From Candidatus Krumholzibacteriales bacterium (GTDB lineage: Bacteria > Krumholzibacteriota > Krumholzibacteriia > Krumholzibacteriales > WJIX01): DNA of 38,126 nucleotides. Location of the stretch: the NCBI GenBank assembly GCA_046483305.1, contig JAWODM010000052.1, positions 1 through 38,126 on the forward strand. The letters are read 5' to 3'. Positions 29,277-38,126 of the stretch are shown here, one piece after another; positions within the stretch are counted from its first letter, which is position 1; the number at the start of each line of letters is the position of its first letter. The translations under genes and the position numbers were made by a program. Below the pieces are notes generated by a model, which saw nothing but the letters and a program-made list of their open reading frames with translations, did no database searches and was not told where the DNA came from.

Positions 29277-29406
29277 GTTCCTCACTTACATTGCCAATTC
29301 AATCGCCGCATTATTAATACTGCTACATGATTCTTTTTCCGGGGTAGAATCCGGGATTGATTGACAGGGTTCGAAGAACTGTTTCTGGTGTAAAAGGGAT
29401 CTGTAT

Positions 29407-29424
29407 TGCCCGGCCTGCCGGGCA
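29407..29424. repeat. Perfect GC-rich inverted repeat (hairpin)
   Basis: TGCCCGGC-ct-GCCGGGCA. Confidence 0.6.
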
Positions 29425-29823
29425 TCGGTGGTTGACATGAAAAAGGTTGCGCCGGAGCGGAGGGTTCCGGCAGGGTTGCTGTTACCGCCATTCTGGAGAA
29501 CCTTCCGGACGATTCTGTCCGCGCTGTATGGTACATACTTCATCTGGCCGGCGCATACAGCGACTGTAGATGTTACCGGAAAGGGGCGGGAGATTCTTTC
29601 AGCGCTTCTCTCCGCCCTTGATTTGAAGATTTCAGCCTGCGCCCCAATGCTCATCGAAGCTGCAGCCATTTTCGGGATTTGATGCTTCCCGGAAAGATTA
29701 ATTAGCCTTTACAGCCGTTTTCATTCCGGATAGAATAAGTCGAAAGTTCATAAGTATTGCCTTTTACATAGGTAGGTAAAAAAAATAAGTGTAAGATCAT
29801 TAACCTTTGCGGGGAGGCTGCTG

Positions 29824-30471
29824 ATGGCCGGAAAACTGGTTCTGCTGTTAACGGCTATATTAATGGTTTTTATATCCTGTTCGGGCCGGGAAAGTTCAGA
29901 AACCCGGGATGAAGATCTCTTCGTTGTGGTATTAAACCCGGCGCATGGGGGGAAAGATACCGGGGCTTTCAATGATTCGGGCTCCGAGGAAAAGGATCTG
30001 GTCCTTCTCCTGGCAGATTGTATCAGAAATAACTGCAGCGGGAATGGAATTAAGTTTGAAATCCTGAGAACAGAAGACGTGGAGATGACCTTGGATAAAC
30101 GGCTGGAAAGGATATCGGAGATCGAACCCGACCTGCTTCTTTCGCTTCATACCGACAGCTCCACTGATACATCAGCCAGGGGTATAAGGATGTTTCACCG
30201 GAAGGGGGACAGCCTGGGGATAAAGCTCTGTTCAAGCTTTAAATCTAAGTTTGCGGCTATTAATGCTTTAAATGATATCAGTTACGGGGAAGCGGGATTC
30301 AGGCTGCTGGAGAACAGCCCGGTGCCGGCGGTGGTTATGGAATTCGGCAATATCAACAGCAGCCAGGATATGAAACTGGTGAATTCCGATCGGGGAAGAA
30401 AAGAATTAGGGTCGGCTGTATTTGCGGCGATAGAGGAATACCGCGGCGCCGTTGCCGGGAAGAAGAAATAA
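29824..30471 (+). CDS. N-acetylmuramoyl-L-alanine amidase (Amidase_3), lipoprotein
   Basis: Lipobox FIS-C; VVLNPAHGGKDTGA, EKD, R...L..R, LSLHTD, VVMEFG (Zn ligands and catalytic Glu retained). Confidence 0.85.
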   Translation: MAGKLVLLLTAILMVFISCSGRESSETRDEDLFVVVLNPAHGGKDTGAFNDSGSEEKDLVLLLADCIRNNCSGNGIKFEILRTEDVEMTLDKRLERISEIEPDLLLSLHTDSSTDTSARGIRMFHRKGDSLGIKLCSSFKSKFAAINALNDISYGEAGFRLLENSPVPAVVMEFGNINSSQDMKLVNSDRGRKELGSAVFAAIEEYRGAVAGKKK

Positions 30472-30524
30472 ATGTAAGTTCCGGGGCCCTGAAATGTTGC
30501 CGGTTTCCTCCAGGAATGGAATAA

Positions 30525-32315
30525 ATGACTGTGGAAATTGTAATTCTCTTTGCCATCCTGGTCGTAACTATAATACTTCTGGTTTTCGAACTGCTTCGGT
30601 TAGACCTGGTAGCTATTCTCTGCATGCTGGCCCTGGGATGGTCCGGCATCCTGGAACCGAGAGAAGCTCTTTCCGGTTTTTCCAGCAATGCGGTGATAGC
30701 AATGATAGCGGTTATGATAATGGGGAGGGGTATCGCTTCAACCGGGCTGATGAATAAGCTGGCTGAGTATATACTGAGCGTGGTCGGCAAAAGCAGACGA
30801 AGGCTTTTAGTAATGGTTTCAGCCGCGGTTGGGCTTATATCCTCATTTATGCAGAATGTGGGAGCGGCCGCTCTTTTCCTTCCAGCAATACTGAACATAT
30901 CAAAGAGGGAGAGTATCCCCGCTTCGGAACTTATAATGCCGGTAGGGTTCGCCGCAATCCTGGGAGGCACCCTTACCATGGTTGCTTCCGGGCCCCTTAT
31001 TATCCTTAACGATCTTCTCAGGGATTCAGATCTTCAGCCGTACGGGCTTTTCGCTGTAACTCCGGCCGGCCTGATTCTTCTCTTTATCGGAATAGCCTAT
31101 TTCTCAATTTTCTACAGGTGGATTCTTCCCAGGGGCAAACAGAAGCTGGAAGGTGAGTCAAGCCAGAAGAAGCTCATTGATGTCTGGCATCTGCCCTTCA
31201 ATATATGCAGATATACCATTCCGGAGGGCAGCGGCCTGGAGGGAGAAACTCCGGAGAGTTCGGGCCTGTGGTACCGCTTCAACCTGAATATTCTGGCAGC
31301 ATCCGATGAGGAAAATATAAATTATGCCCCCTGGCGAAAGACCCGGTTCAGGGCGGGACAGGAAATTGCCCTGATGGGAGATATGGAAGATATCAGAAGA
31401 TTTGCCGAAAAGAACCGGCTTGTTTTCCATGAGAAACTGGACGAATTTGAGGATCTGGGGGACCCCGAATCAGCCGGCTTCGTTGAGGTCCTTGTTCCGC
31501 CGCACTCCACTATGGTGGGCAAATCAATACGGGAACTGGCCTTCAGATACAACTACGCGGTGGAACCGGTCCTCTTCTTCAGCGGGGGAAGGCAGATCAG
31601 GGGGGACTTCTCCGACAGGAAAATAAGGTCCGGAGACACTCTCATAGTACACGGGCTGTGGGAAAATATGCTCCGTTTAAAGAATATCAGCGAATTCGCG
31701 GTAATTACTCCCTTCGAAGCGGTGAGAAAGGATTACCGAAAAGCCTGGGTCGCATCCTTCTGCTTCCTGGGAGCGATTGCCCTCGCCATTATGGGATTTT
31801 CCATATCGATATCTCTATTTTCAGGGGCCGCGGCTATGGTGCTGACCGGAGTACTGAATATAGAGGAAGCTTACCGGGCGATAGAGTGGAAGGTGGTATT
31901 TCTGATAGCGGGCCTGATACCTCTCGGGATCGCAATGCATAAGACAGGAGCGGCTGAATTTCTGGCCGGAAGGGTGATGGATCTGGTGCATGGTTATCAT
32001 TTACTATATCTGATCACCGCGGTCGCCCTGCTGTCCACACTTTTTTCGCTGTTCATGTCCAATGTCGCTTCCACAGTGGTACTTGCGCCACTGGTCATAA
32101 ATATGGCAAAGATAGGGGGAGTGGATCCGCGGCCTCTGGTCCTGATGGTGGCGGTTTGCGCGGCAAACTCTTTCATACTGCCTACTCATCAGGTCAACGC
32201 GATGCTGATGACACCAGGTGGCTATCAGAACAGGGATTACCTGAAGGCGGGGGGAGGTATGACGCTCATTTTCCTGGCTGCGGTAATAACCATATTCTAT
32301 TTGTTCTATTTATAG
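30525..32315 (+). CDS. SLC13/DASS family permease with internal RCK_C (TrkA-C) domains
   Basis: ALSGFSS.AVI, SSFMQNVGA, ILGGTLTMVASGP, soluble middle region, FMSNVAS, F.LPTHQVNA.LM.PGGY. Confidence 0.9.
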   Translation: MTVEIVILFAILVVTIILLVFELLRLDLVAILCMLALGWSGILEPREALSGFSSNAVIAMIAVMIMGRGIASTGLMNKLAEYILSVVGKSRRRLLVMVSAAVGLISSFMQNVGAAALFLPAILNISKRESIPASELIMPVGFAAILGGTLTMVASGPLIILNDLLRDSDLQPYGLFAVTPAGLILLFIGIAYFSIFYRWILPRGKQKLEGESSQKKLIDVWHLPFNICRYTIPEGSGLEGETPESSGLWYRFNLNILAASDEENINYAPWRKTRFRAGQEIALMGDMEDIRRFAEKNRLVFHEKLDEFEDLGDPESAGFVEVLVPPHSTMVGKSIRELAFRYNYAVEPVLFFSGGRQIRGDFSDRKIRSGDTLIVHGLWENMLRLKNISEFAVITPFEAVRKDYRKAWVASFCFLGAIALAIMGFSISISLFSGAAAMVLTGVLNIEEAYRAIEWKVVFLIAGLIPLGIAMHKTGAAEFLAGRVMDLVHGYHLLYLITAVALLSTLFSLFMSNVASTVVLAPLVINMAKIGGVDPRPLVLMVAVCAANSFILPTHQVNAMLMTPGGYQNRDYLKAGGGMTLIFLAAVITIFYLFYL

Positions 32316-32341
32316 CTGCTCTGAGGCGAGAAAGGTGAAAA

Positions 32342-33715
32342 ATGAAATCCGCCAATAAAAATTACGACGTTGCCCTCATAGGAAAAGGAGCTGGATATTA
32401 TGTGGCTGAAAAAGCCGCGGAGCGAGGCATGAAGGTGGCTGTGATCGACCGTCCTCCCATCGGGGGTACCTGTATGAATTTCGGGTGCCTCCCTTCAAAG
32501 ACGCTTCTATACCCGGCGGAGAGAATAGGGGAGATCAGAAGAGCGGGCAAAATCGGCATATCAGCCGGAGAGGTTCAGTCTGATTTCGGCAAATTAATGG
32601 AAAGGGTCAGAAGCGATAGGGAGAAGAGGAGAAAATATCATAAGAAACAGGCGGACGGGCAGGATAATATGGATTACTACAGCGGGGAAGGCAGATTCAT
32701 TTCGGAGCGGATTATTGAAGTAGAGGGCGAAAGAATAAATGCGGATAAAATATTCCTGGCAAACGGAGCGAGGCCGATGATCCCGCCGGTAGGGGGACTG
32801 GATCAGATAGATTTCCTTACCAACGAAAATATACTGGAGCTTGAGGAAAAACCGGGTAGCATAACAATTATAGGGGGAGGATATATCGCCATGGAGTATG
32901 CCTGGTTCCTGGCGGCGTTCGACATCGATGTTACAATAATAGAGATGAATCGTGTATTGATGAAAGAGATGGAGCCGGAGATATCCGAGCTGCTTGAAAG
33001 TGAAGTAAGAAAGTACGCGGAGCTTCATCTTGGGGCCACCGCGGAAAAGATTGAGAGCGGCCAGGGTAAACTGTCCGTGCAGATAAGCAAGGGCGGCGAC
33101 AAAACAAGGGTTTCCTCTGACAGGGTTCTGGTCGCGGCTGGAAGGGTGTCAAACGCCGATACCCTTTCTCTCGAAAACACCGGGATAGAAACGGACGAAA
33201 GAGGATATATAGTGGTGGATAAGTTCATGGAGACCACCCAGCCTGGAGTATTTGCCCTTGGGGATATAACGGGGAAATATATGTTCAAGCATGTTGCCAA
33301 TGAGGAAGCCAGAACAGCATGGCATAATTCAGTCTCTGAGGATAAACGCGGTATGGATTATCACGCGGTACCTATGGCTGTTTACGGGTATCCTGAGATT
33401 GCCACGGCAGGCCTGACCGAGAAAAAAGCTTCCGAGGATTTCGATATCCTGACCGGGAGGGCGGAGTACCGTTCAGTCTCAAAGGGGATGATTATGCGGG
33501 ACCAGGCCGGCCTGGTGAAGGCGGTAGTGGAAAAGGGCAGCAGGAGGCTTCTTGGTTTTCATGTTATCGGGCCGCACGCTTCCATACTGCTGCAGGAAGC
33601 TGTAAATGTAATTGCAAACAACCAGAGTATAGATTTTATTATTAACAGTATGCACACTTTCCCGTCGCTTTCGGAGATAGTGCTTAAACCTCTTCTGAAT
33701 CTGAAAAAAGAGTAA
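32342..33715 (+). CDS. Class I pyridine nucleotide-disulfide oxidoreductase (Lpd/mycothione reductase-like), atypical C-terminal motif
   Basis: GGTCMNFGCLPSK redox disulfide, IIGGGYIA.E, FALGD, C-terminal HTFPSLSE. Confidence 0.88.
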   Translation: MKSANKNYDVALIGKGAGYYVAEKAAERGMKVAVIDRPPIGGTCMNFGCLPSKTLLYPAERIGEIRRAGKIGISAGEVQSDFGKLMERVRSDREKRRKYHKKQADGQDNMDYYSGEGRFISERIIEVEGERINADKIFLANGARPMIPPVGGLDQIDFLTNENILELEEKPGSITIIGGGYIAMEYAWFLAAFDIDVTIIEMNRVLMKEMEPEISELLESEVRKYAELHLGATAEKIESGQGKLSVQISKGGDKTRVSSDRVLVAAGRVSNADTLSLENTGIETDERGYIVVDKFMETTQPGVFALGDITGKYMFKHVANEEARTAWHNSVSEDKRGMDYHAVPMAVYGYPEIATAGLTEKKASEDFDILTGRAEYRSVSKGMIMRDQAGLVKAVVEKGSRRLLGFHVIGPHASILLQEAVNVIANNQSIDFIINSMHTFPSLSEIVLKPLLNLKKE

Positions 33716-33733
33716 ACGGAAAAGGAGTATCTT

Positions 33734-35185
33734 ATGCTGCTCAAACATTATTTCACGCCGAAGATCGCCCACAGCTCTTACATCCTGGCCGGCAAGAATA
33801 CCTGCGCCGTAATAGATCCCAGGCGCGACGTTGAAATATATATAGAAGAATCCCGAAACATGGGCGTTGATATCACTCACATTATCGAAACCCACCTCCA
33901 TGCCGATTTCATTTCGGGGCATATGGACCTGGCGGACAGGACCGGCGGGAAGATCTATGTACCCAAATCGGCTGACTGTGAGTTCGAACATGTGCCGCTC
34001 TCAGAGGGAGACACAGTTGAAATTGAAGACATGGAACTGAGAGTCCTGGAGACCCCGGGCCATACCCCGGAAGCGGTCAGTTACGTGGCAATTGATAAGT
34101 CGAGGGGTGACGGCCCGATGGGTGTTTTTGTGGGTGACGCTCTGTTCGTGGGCGATGTTGGAAGGCCGGACCTTTTTCCGGATATTGCCGGGGAACTGGC
34201 CGGGAAACTCTACCACAGTCTTCATGAAAAACTGATGAAACTGCCCGATTACTGTGAAATCTATCCCGCCCATGGAGCAGGGTCTCTTTGCGGGAGAGCA
34301 ATGGGAGCGAAGTGGAGGACTACCATAGGGTATGAGCGCAGGTTCAATGAAGCGCTGAATATAGAAAACCGGAAGGAGTTTATTGAATCACTGACCAGAA
34401 ATATGCCCCCGGCGCCGGATCATTTCGGCAGGTGCAGCGATATAAACAGGAAAGGCCCCGTCCTGACCGCCGAACTTCCCGTTCTGGAAGAGCTGAAACC
34501 GGTAGGGTTCAAGGATAGAATGAGCGGAGAAAACATGGTAATACTGGACGTCAGAAGCTATGACGGATTCGGCAGCCAGCATATCCCCGGCTCATGGCAT
34601 ATTGATTTCGGCGGCAATTTCCCCACATTTGCCGGCTGGGTTATGCCCACCGGCAGCGATATACTTCTGGTTGCGTCGGATTTCGAAGAAGCGAAAGAAG
34701 CGAATATCCAGGCCAGAAGAGTGGGAGTGGACAGAATAAAAGGTTATCTGGAGGGGGGAATGTTCGGATGGGCGGTAGCGGGAAATCGAACCGATGACGT
34801 ACGCCAGATTTCCGCGGAGCGGCTGCACGAAATGATAGATTCCGACTCCATGAAAGGGATGGTTCTGCTGGATGTGCGGGCTCCCAGAGAATTCCGGGAC
34901 AACCATATTGAAGGAGCAGTGAATATTCCGGCCCCTGACCTCAGGACCCGTTTCAGGGAACTGGACCCCGGCAGGAATTATGTTCTGGTCTGCAGCACCG
35001 GCCACCGTTCCAGCCTGGGTACGAGTATCCTCAAGCAGCATGGTTTCAGTAATCTTTATAATGTAGCCGGCGGAATGACCGGATACAGCGCCGCCGGGTA
35101 TTCCGGGACCTGCAAGGTTTGTGAAAATCCTCACGGTTCCAGATATGCCGCGGGATATCTGGAGGCCGGGGCTGGACAGGGATAG
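33734..35185 (+). CDS. Metallo-beta-lactamase-fold protein fused to two rhodanese domains (CstB/persulfide dioxygenase-like)
   Basis: IDPRRD, ETHLHADF.SG, TPGHT, GD.LFVGDVGRPDL, PAHGAGSLCG; LDVR..HIPG; LDVR..HIEGA..VCSTGHRS..GGM. Confidence 0.92.
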   Translation: MLLKHYFTPKIAHSSYILAGKNTCAVIDPRRDVEIYIEESRNMGVDITHIIETHLHADFISGHMDLADRTGGKIYVPKSADCEFEHVPLSEGDTVEIEDMELRVLETPGHTPEAVSYVAIDKSRGDGPMGVFVGDALFVGDVGRPDLFPDIAGELAGKLYHSLHEKLMKLPDYCEIYPAHGAGSLCGRAMGAKWRTTIGYERRFNEALNIENRKEFIESLTRNMPPAPDHFGRCSDINRKGPVLTAELPVLEELKPVGFKDRMSGENMVILDVRSYDGFGSQHIPGSWHIDFGGNFPTFAGWVMPTGSDILLVASDFEEAKEANIQARRVGVDRIKGYLEGGMFGWAVAGNRTDDVRQISAERLHEMIDSDSMKGMVLLDVRAPREFRDNHIEGAVNIPAPDLRTRFRELDPGRNYVLVCSTGHRSSLGTSILKQHGFSNLYNVAGGMTGYSAAGYSGTCKVCENPHGSRYAAGYLEAGAGQG

Positions 35186-35207
35186 ACATTAATAAGAGGG
35201 GGTTAAT

Positions 35208-35726
35208 ATGAATTGGCTTCTGGAAACGCGATGGCCGCCATATACAGTGGGGATCGGGATAGGTATCCTGAGCTGGTTTACCTTCCTGATATCGAAAAAA
35301 CCTATAGGTTGTTCAACCGCCTTTGCCAGAACCAGCGGTATGATTGAGAAGATATTCAAGGGTGAGAAAGTTGAACGGAAACTCTATTATCAGCAGTTCA
35401 AGCCGGTTATTGACTGGGAGTGGATGCTGGTGCTTGGGATAGTATCAGGTTCTCTTCTCTCATCGCTTCTCTCCGGGGATTTTGCCTGGCAGTGGGTACC
35501 TTCCAGGTGGGCGGCGGAATTCGGGCAGGCCGCGCTGCCAAGAGTTATAACAGCAGTTATCGGGGGAGTATGCCTCGGTTTCGGCGCCCGGTGGGCCGGG
35601 GGATGCACCAGCGGCCATGGGATCAGCGGAACACTTCAGCTGGCTGTATCAAGCTGGATATCGGCGGTGTTCTTCTTCATAGGCGGAATACTGTCAGCTC
35701 TGGTAATTTATAATCTTGCCGGATAG
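35208..35726 (+). CDS. YeeE/YedE sulfur-transport family protein (half-size)
   Basis: Membrane protein with PIGCST and GFGARWAGGCTSGHGISG. Confidence 0.9.
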   Translation: MNWLLETRWPPYTVGIGIGILSWFTFLISKKPIGCSTAFARTSGMIEKIFKGEKVERKLYYQQFKPVIDWEWMLVLGIVSGSLLSSLLSGDFAWQWVPSRWAAEFGQAALPRVITAVIGGVCLGFGARWAGGCTSGHGISGTLQLAVSSWISAVFFFIGGILSALVIYNLAG

Positions 35727-35736
35727 GGGGTATCAA

Positions 35737-36306
35737 ATGGATAAGGGAAAAGACGCGGTCAAGTCCGAAAATAGAGGAATAACCCTTTTCTGGGGATTAG
35801 TATTCGGAATAATATTCGGGTTTCTGCTTCAGAAGGGAGGGGTCACCAGGTACGATGTAATTCTGGGGCAGCTCCTTCTGGAGGACTTTACGGTCATTAA
35901 AGTGATGCTTTCGGCGGTGGTTACCGGTATGATCGGGATATACTTCATGAGAAGTATGGGCTGGGTAAGACTGAGCCCCAAACCCGGTTCGGCAGGTATG
36001 AATATTGTGGGGGGATTGATTTTCGGCATCGGGTTTGCTGTACTCGGTTACTGCCCGGGAACCATTGCCGGCGCTGTGGGAAACGGATACCTGGATGCCC
36101 TGATCGGTGGGGTAGGAGGGATAATAATAGGCGCCGGGTTATTTGCGGCTGTCTATCCCGGGCTGAAAGACAGAATTCTGAATAAAGGGTATTTTGGCCC
36201 TGTTACCCTCCCGGAACTTCTTAAAGTAAATCCATGGGTGGTTATTATTCCCTTCTGCGCCATTATGATTCTGCTGCTCTACTGGATTGAAAGGACAGGC
36301 CTCTGA
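35737..36306 (+). CDS. YeeE/YedE sulfur-transport family protein (second half-size)
   Basis: GIIFGFLL, GGLIFGIGFAVLGYCPGT; ATG 35737 follows a GGGGG RBS. Confidence 0.9.
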   Translation: MDKGKDAVKSENRGITLFWGLVFGIIFGFLLQKGGVTRYDVILGQLLLEDFTVIKVMLSAVVTGMIGIYFMRSMGWVRLSPKPGSAGMNIVGGLIFGIGFAVLGYCPGTIAGAVGNGYLDALIGGVGGIIIGAGLFAAVYPGLKDRILNKGYFGPVTLPELLKVNPWVVIIPFCAIMILLLYWIERTGL

Positions 36307-36332
36307 GATTGATAAATTGAGAGAAAGGCATT

Positions 36333-36677
36333 ATGATTAAAGAGATAACACAAATCGCCGCTACTGTGGTAGGAATAGCCGGGGGAGTGATAATACTCTG
36401 GGGCGTGCTGCTTATCACATTGAGGCTTCTTCGGCTGGAGATGAAGAGATTCAGGCAGGATTCAATATATCACCAGAGGGAAATCCTGAGGCACCAGCTC
36501 GGATCCTATCTTCTCCTCGGGCTGGAATTCCTGATAGCTGCGGATATTATCGGAACCATTACCCATCCCACTCTGAAAGATATGGCTGTTCTGGGAAGTA
36601 TAGTAGTGATAAGAACAGTTATCAGTCATTTCCTGGAGCGGGAGGTAGACGAGTTCGAGTCAAAGTTCGGTACCTGA
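36333..36677 (+). CDS. DUF1622 family membrane protein
   Basis: R..LGSYLLLGLEFLIAADII.T, LG.IVVIRTVISHFL..E. Confidence 0.85.
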   Translation: MIKEITQIAATVVGIAGGVIILWGVLLITLRLLRLEMKRFRQDSIYHQREILRHQLGSYLLLGLEFLIAADIIGTITHPTLKDMAVLGSIVVIRTVISHFLEREVDEFESKFGT

Positions 36678-36855
36678 CCCAGGTTATAAAGTACGCGCTT
36701 TAAGGTATGGCAAACAAATAAGATGAGCAGCGCATTAATTTGCCGCCAGATTGGCGCCTCCCTGGGTGTTTCCACCTAAATAATTATAAATTATTTACTT
36801 GCCTTCAGGATATATATATTTTTTTTTCGTATTATATCGCTAATGAAAGAGGTAG

Positions 36856-37845
36856 ATGAAAACAATCAAGAATATTGCGCTTTCGATCCTGCTCGGATTC
36901 ATTCCCTTCTCCGGCTCAATTGCCCTGGCTCCAAAACAGCATGTTATTAAAAGAAAGATAGATTGGGCCGGGATGCTGACCGAGCCCCGGTACCTGACCA
37001 AGTATATTATCATGCTGGCGATCGGGATTTTCGCGTTCATCCTCCTTAAATCGGGAAAGATGAACAGAAAGGCGAAAGTTGCCATCCTGCTGATTTCATT
37101 GACTATATTCGGTATTGCCGGCAATTTTATTTCAGCCCTGGGGCTGCAGCCGTCACCTGTATGCGCGGCCGTAAAACCTTTCCTGTTAGGGCTGAGAGCT
37201 CCCTTTATGGTTTTCCTTTCGGTAATAATGCTTCTGACACTTCTGGGTCCGAAACTCTTCTGCGGGTGGGTGTGCCCTGTGGGGGCGGTTCAGGAACTTA
37301 TCTCCATGATCTCCGACAAACTCGGAATAAGGAGATGGAATTTTTCATTCAGGCTATCCAATGGTGTAAGAATTGCTCTGCTGGCGGCATTCTTTCTTCT
37401 GAGCGTGACATCAGTGATTCATCTTACCAGGAGCTCCAGCCAGGTGCCTGTTTCGTTATATTATTATTTTAATGCCTTTCACGGATTAACCATAGAATCC
37501 CAGGGAAGCTTTGCCGGCTATATCAGGAATTACCTCCCATTTATTCTAACCTTCCTGATGGCCTTTATCCTGTACAGGCCGTACTGCCATTTTATCTGCC
37601 CGATCGGGCTTTATACCAATATCGTGGAGCAGTTCGCAATCTTCAGAGTTTCATTGAATCAGCGAAACTGCAATAACTGCTCATTATGTATTCGAAAATC
37701 GCCCTGCAAGGCCCTGCCGCATATAGTCGGAAAGTCAAAGTTCAGAGCGGATTGTTTTGCCTGCAACCGGTGCCTGCATTACTGCAGGCGGGATGGTTTC
37801 ATAATTTCCATGAAAAGAGTGCTCAGAGATAATATTATGACATAG
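36856..37845 (+). CDS. Membrane 4Fe-4S-binding protein (NapH/MauN/YccM-like polyferredoxin)
   Basis: Several TM helices; FCGWVCPVG, RPYCHFICPIG, CNNCSLC....PC, CFACNRC...C. Confidence 0.85.
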   Translation: MKTIKNIALSILLGFIPFSGSIALAPKQHVIKRKIDWAGMLTEPRYLTKYIIMLAIGIFAFILLKSGKMNRKAKVAILLISLTIFGIAGNFISALGLQPSPVCAAVKPFLLGLRAPFMVFLSVIMLLTLLGPKLFCGWVCPVGAVQELISMISDKLGIRRWNFSFRLSNGVRIALLAAFFLLSVTSVIHLTRSSSQVPVSLYYYFNAFHGLTIESQGSFAGYIRNYLPFILTFLMAFILYRPYCHFICPIGLYTNIVEQFAIFRVSLNQRNCNNCSLCIRKSPCKALPHIVGKSKFRADCFACNRCLHYCRRDGFIISMKRVLRDNIMT

Positions 37846-37909
37846 GAGACCATAATTAATTGCTATAATGAAAGATACGGATGATTTTATGATTGTATTC
37901 ATTCCAGAA

Positions 37910-38126
37910 TTAAAATTCGTGGTTAACAATAATTAAGGGAACGGAAGACACATCGTAACCCCCCTGCGGTAGATATTCAAGTTCTTTATTCATCAGATCA
38001 CCGATGAAGACCGGAGGTATCATAGCTATCTCTTTGGATAACCCCGGCTGTTTCTCCCTGGCCAGCTGCCAGGGGGTTTTATACTCCTTGTAAGAGTTGG
38101 GCCTTTCGAGATTAAAGAAGAGCTGG
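37910..38126 (-). mobile_element. 3' end of a probable DDE (IS481/IS3-like integrase-core) transposase, cut by the window edge
   Basis: Not in the ORF track. Minus frame from 38125 reads QLFFNLERPNSYKEYKTPWQLAREKQPGLSKEIAMIPPVFIGDLMNKELEYLPQGGYDVSSVPLIIVNHEF*; FN..RP.S....TP resembles the integrase-core yN..RpH.sL...TP motif. Confidence 0.6.

Noticed and set aside
29362..29364. Selenocysteine read-through of the TGA before the CxxC frame
   Set aside because: No start codon or RBS upstream in frame (it runs into the tRNA), the hairpin is about 40 nt away rather than adjacent, and there is no selenoprotein-like context.
32342..33715. Mercuric reductase MerA or pyruvate-dehydrogenase E3
   Set aside because: No N-terminal HMA domain, no C-terminal Cys-Cys, no mer or E1/E2 neighbours, and the catalytic His is missing.
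1..38126. CRISPR array, rRNA, tandem repeat arrays, defence or prophage genes
   Set aside because: No regularly spaced repeats or recognisable genes of these kinds were seen by eye.
29255..38126. attR-type duplication of the tRNA-Lys 3' end
   Set aside because: No second copy of CCTGGGCGGCCCA was noticed downstream and no integrase lies next to the tRNA; one could lie outside the window.

Overview
A mostly core-genome bacterial window with GC-rich coding regions and AT-rich spacers. C-terminal protein tails (a T9SS/FlgD-like 'NYPNPF' domain and two '[ST]WGxIKx[IL][YF]' tails) suggest an uncultured FCB-related lineage such as Krumholzibacteriota/Latescibacterota; this is inference. From left to right: (1) a secreted lamin-tail-domain protein and an orphan Cys-rich 'two-CW'/GAF histidine kinase. 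(2) A B12 acyl-CoA mutase hub of two convergent operons, cobO-meaB-mutase A1-B12 subunit-thiolase-hbd (+) and carboxyltransferase-mutase A2-epimerase (-). A1 has isobutyryl-CoA-mutase residues (Phe/Gln), A2 has methylmalonyl-CoA-mutase residues (Tyr/Arg), and only one B12-binding subunit is present. (3) Envelope proteins (lipoprotein, M6 protease, small beta-barrel, large glycogen-binding protein) and a crotonase. (4) tRNA-Leu-tig-clpP-clpX-lon, a class V aminotransferase, a small CxxCH/temptin-like exported protein, purA and tRNA-Lys. (5) An accessory-looking block after tRNA-Lys: amidase, SLC13 permease, an atypical flavin disulfide reductase, MBL-rhodanese, a split YeeE pair, DUF1622, a membrane polyferredoxin, and the 3' end of a probable transposase at the window edge. 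No CRISPR array, rRNA or recognisable riboswitch was seen. All family calls come from motif recognition by eye, not database searches.
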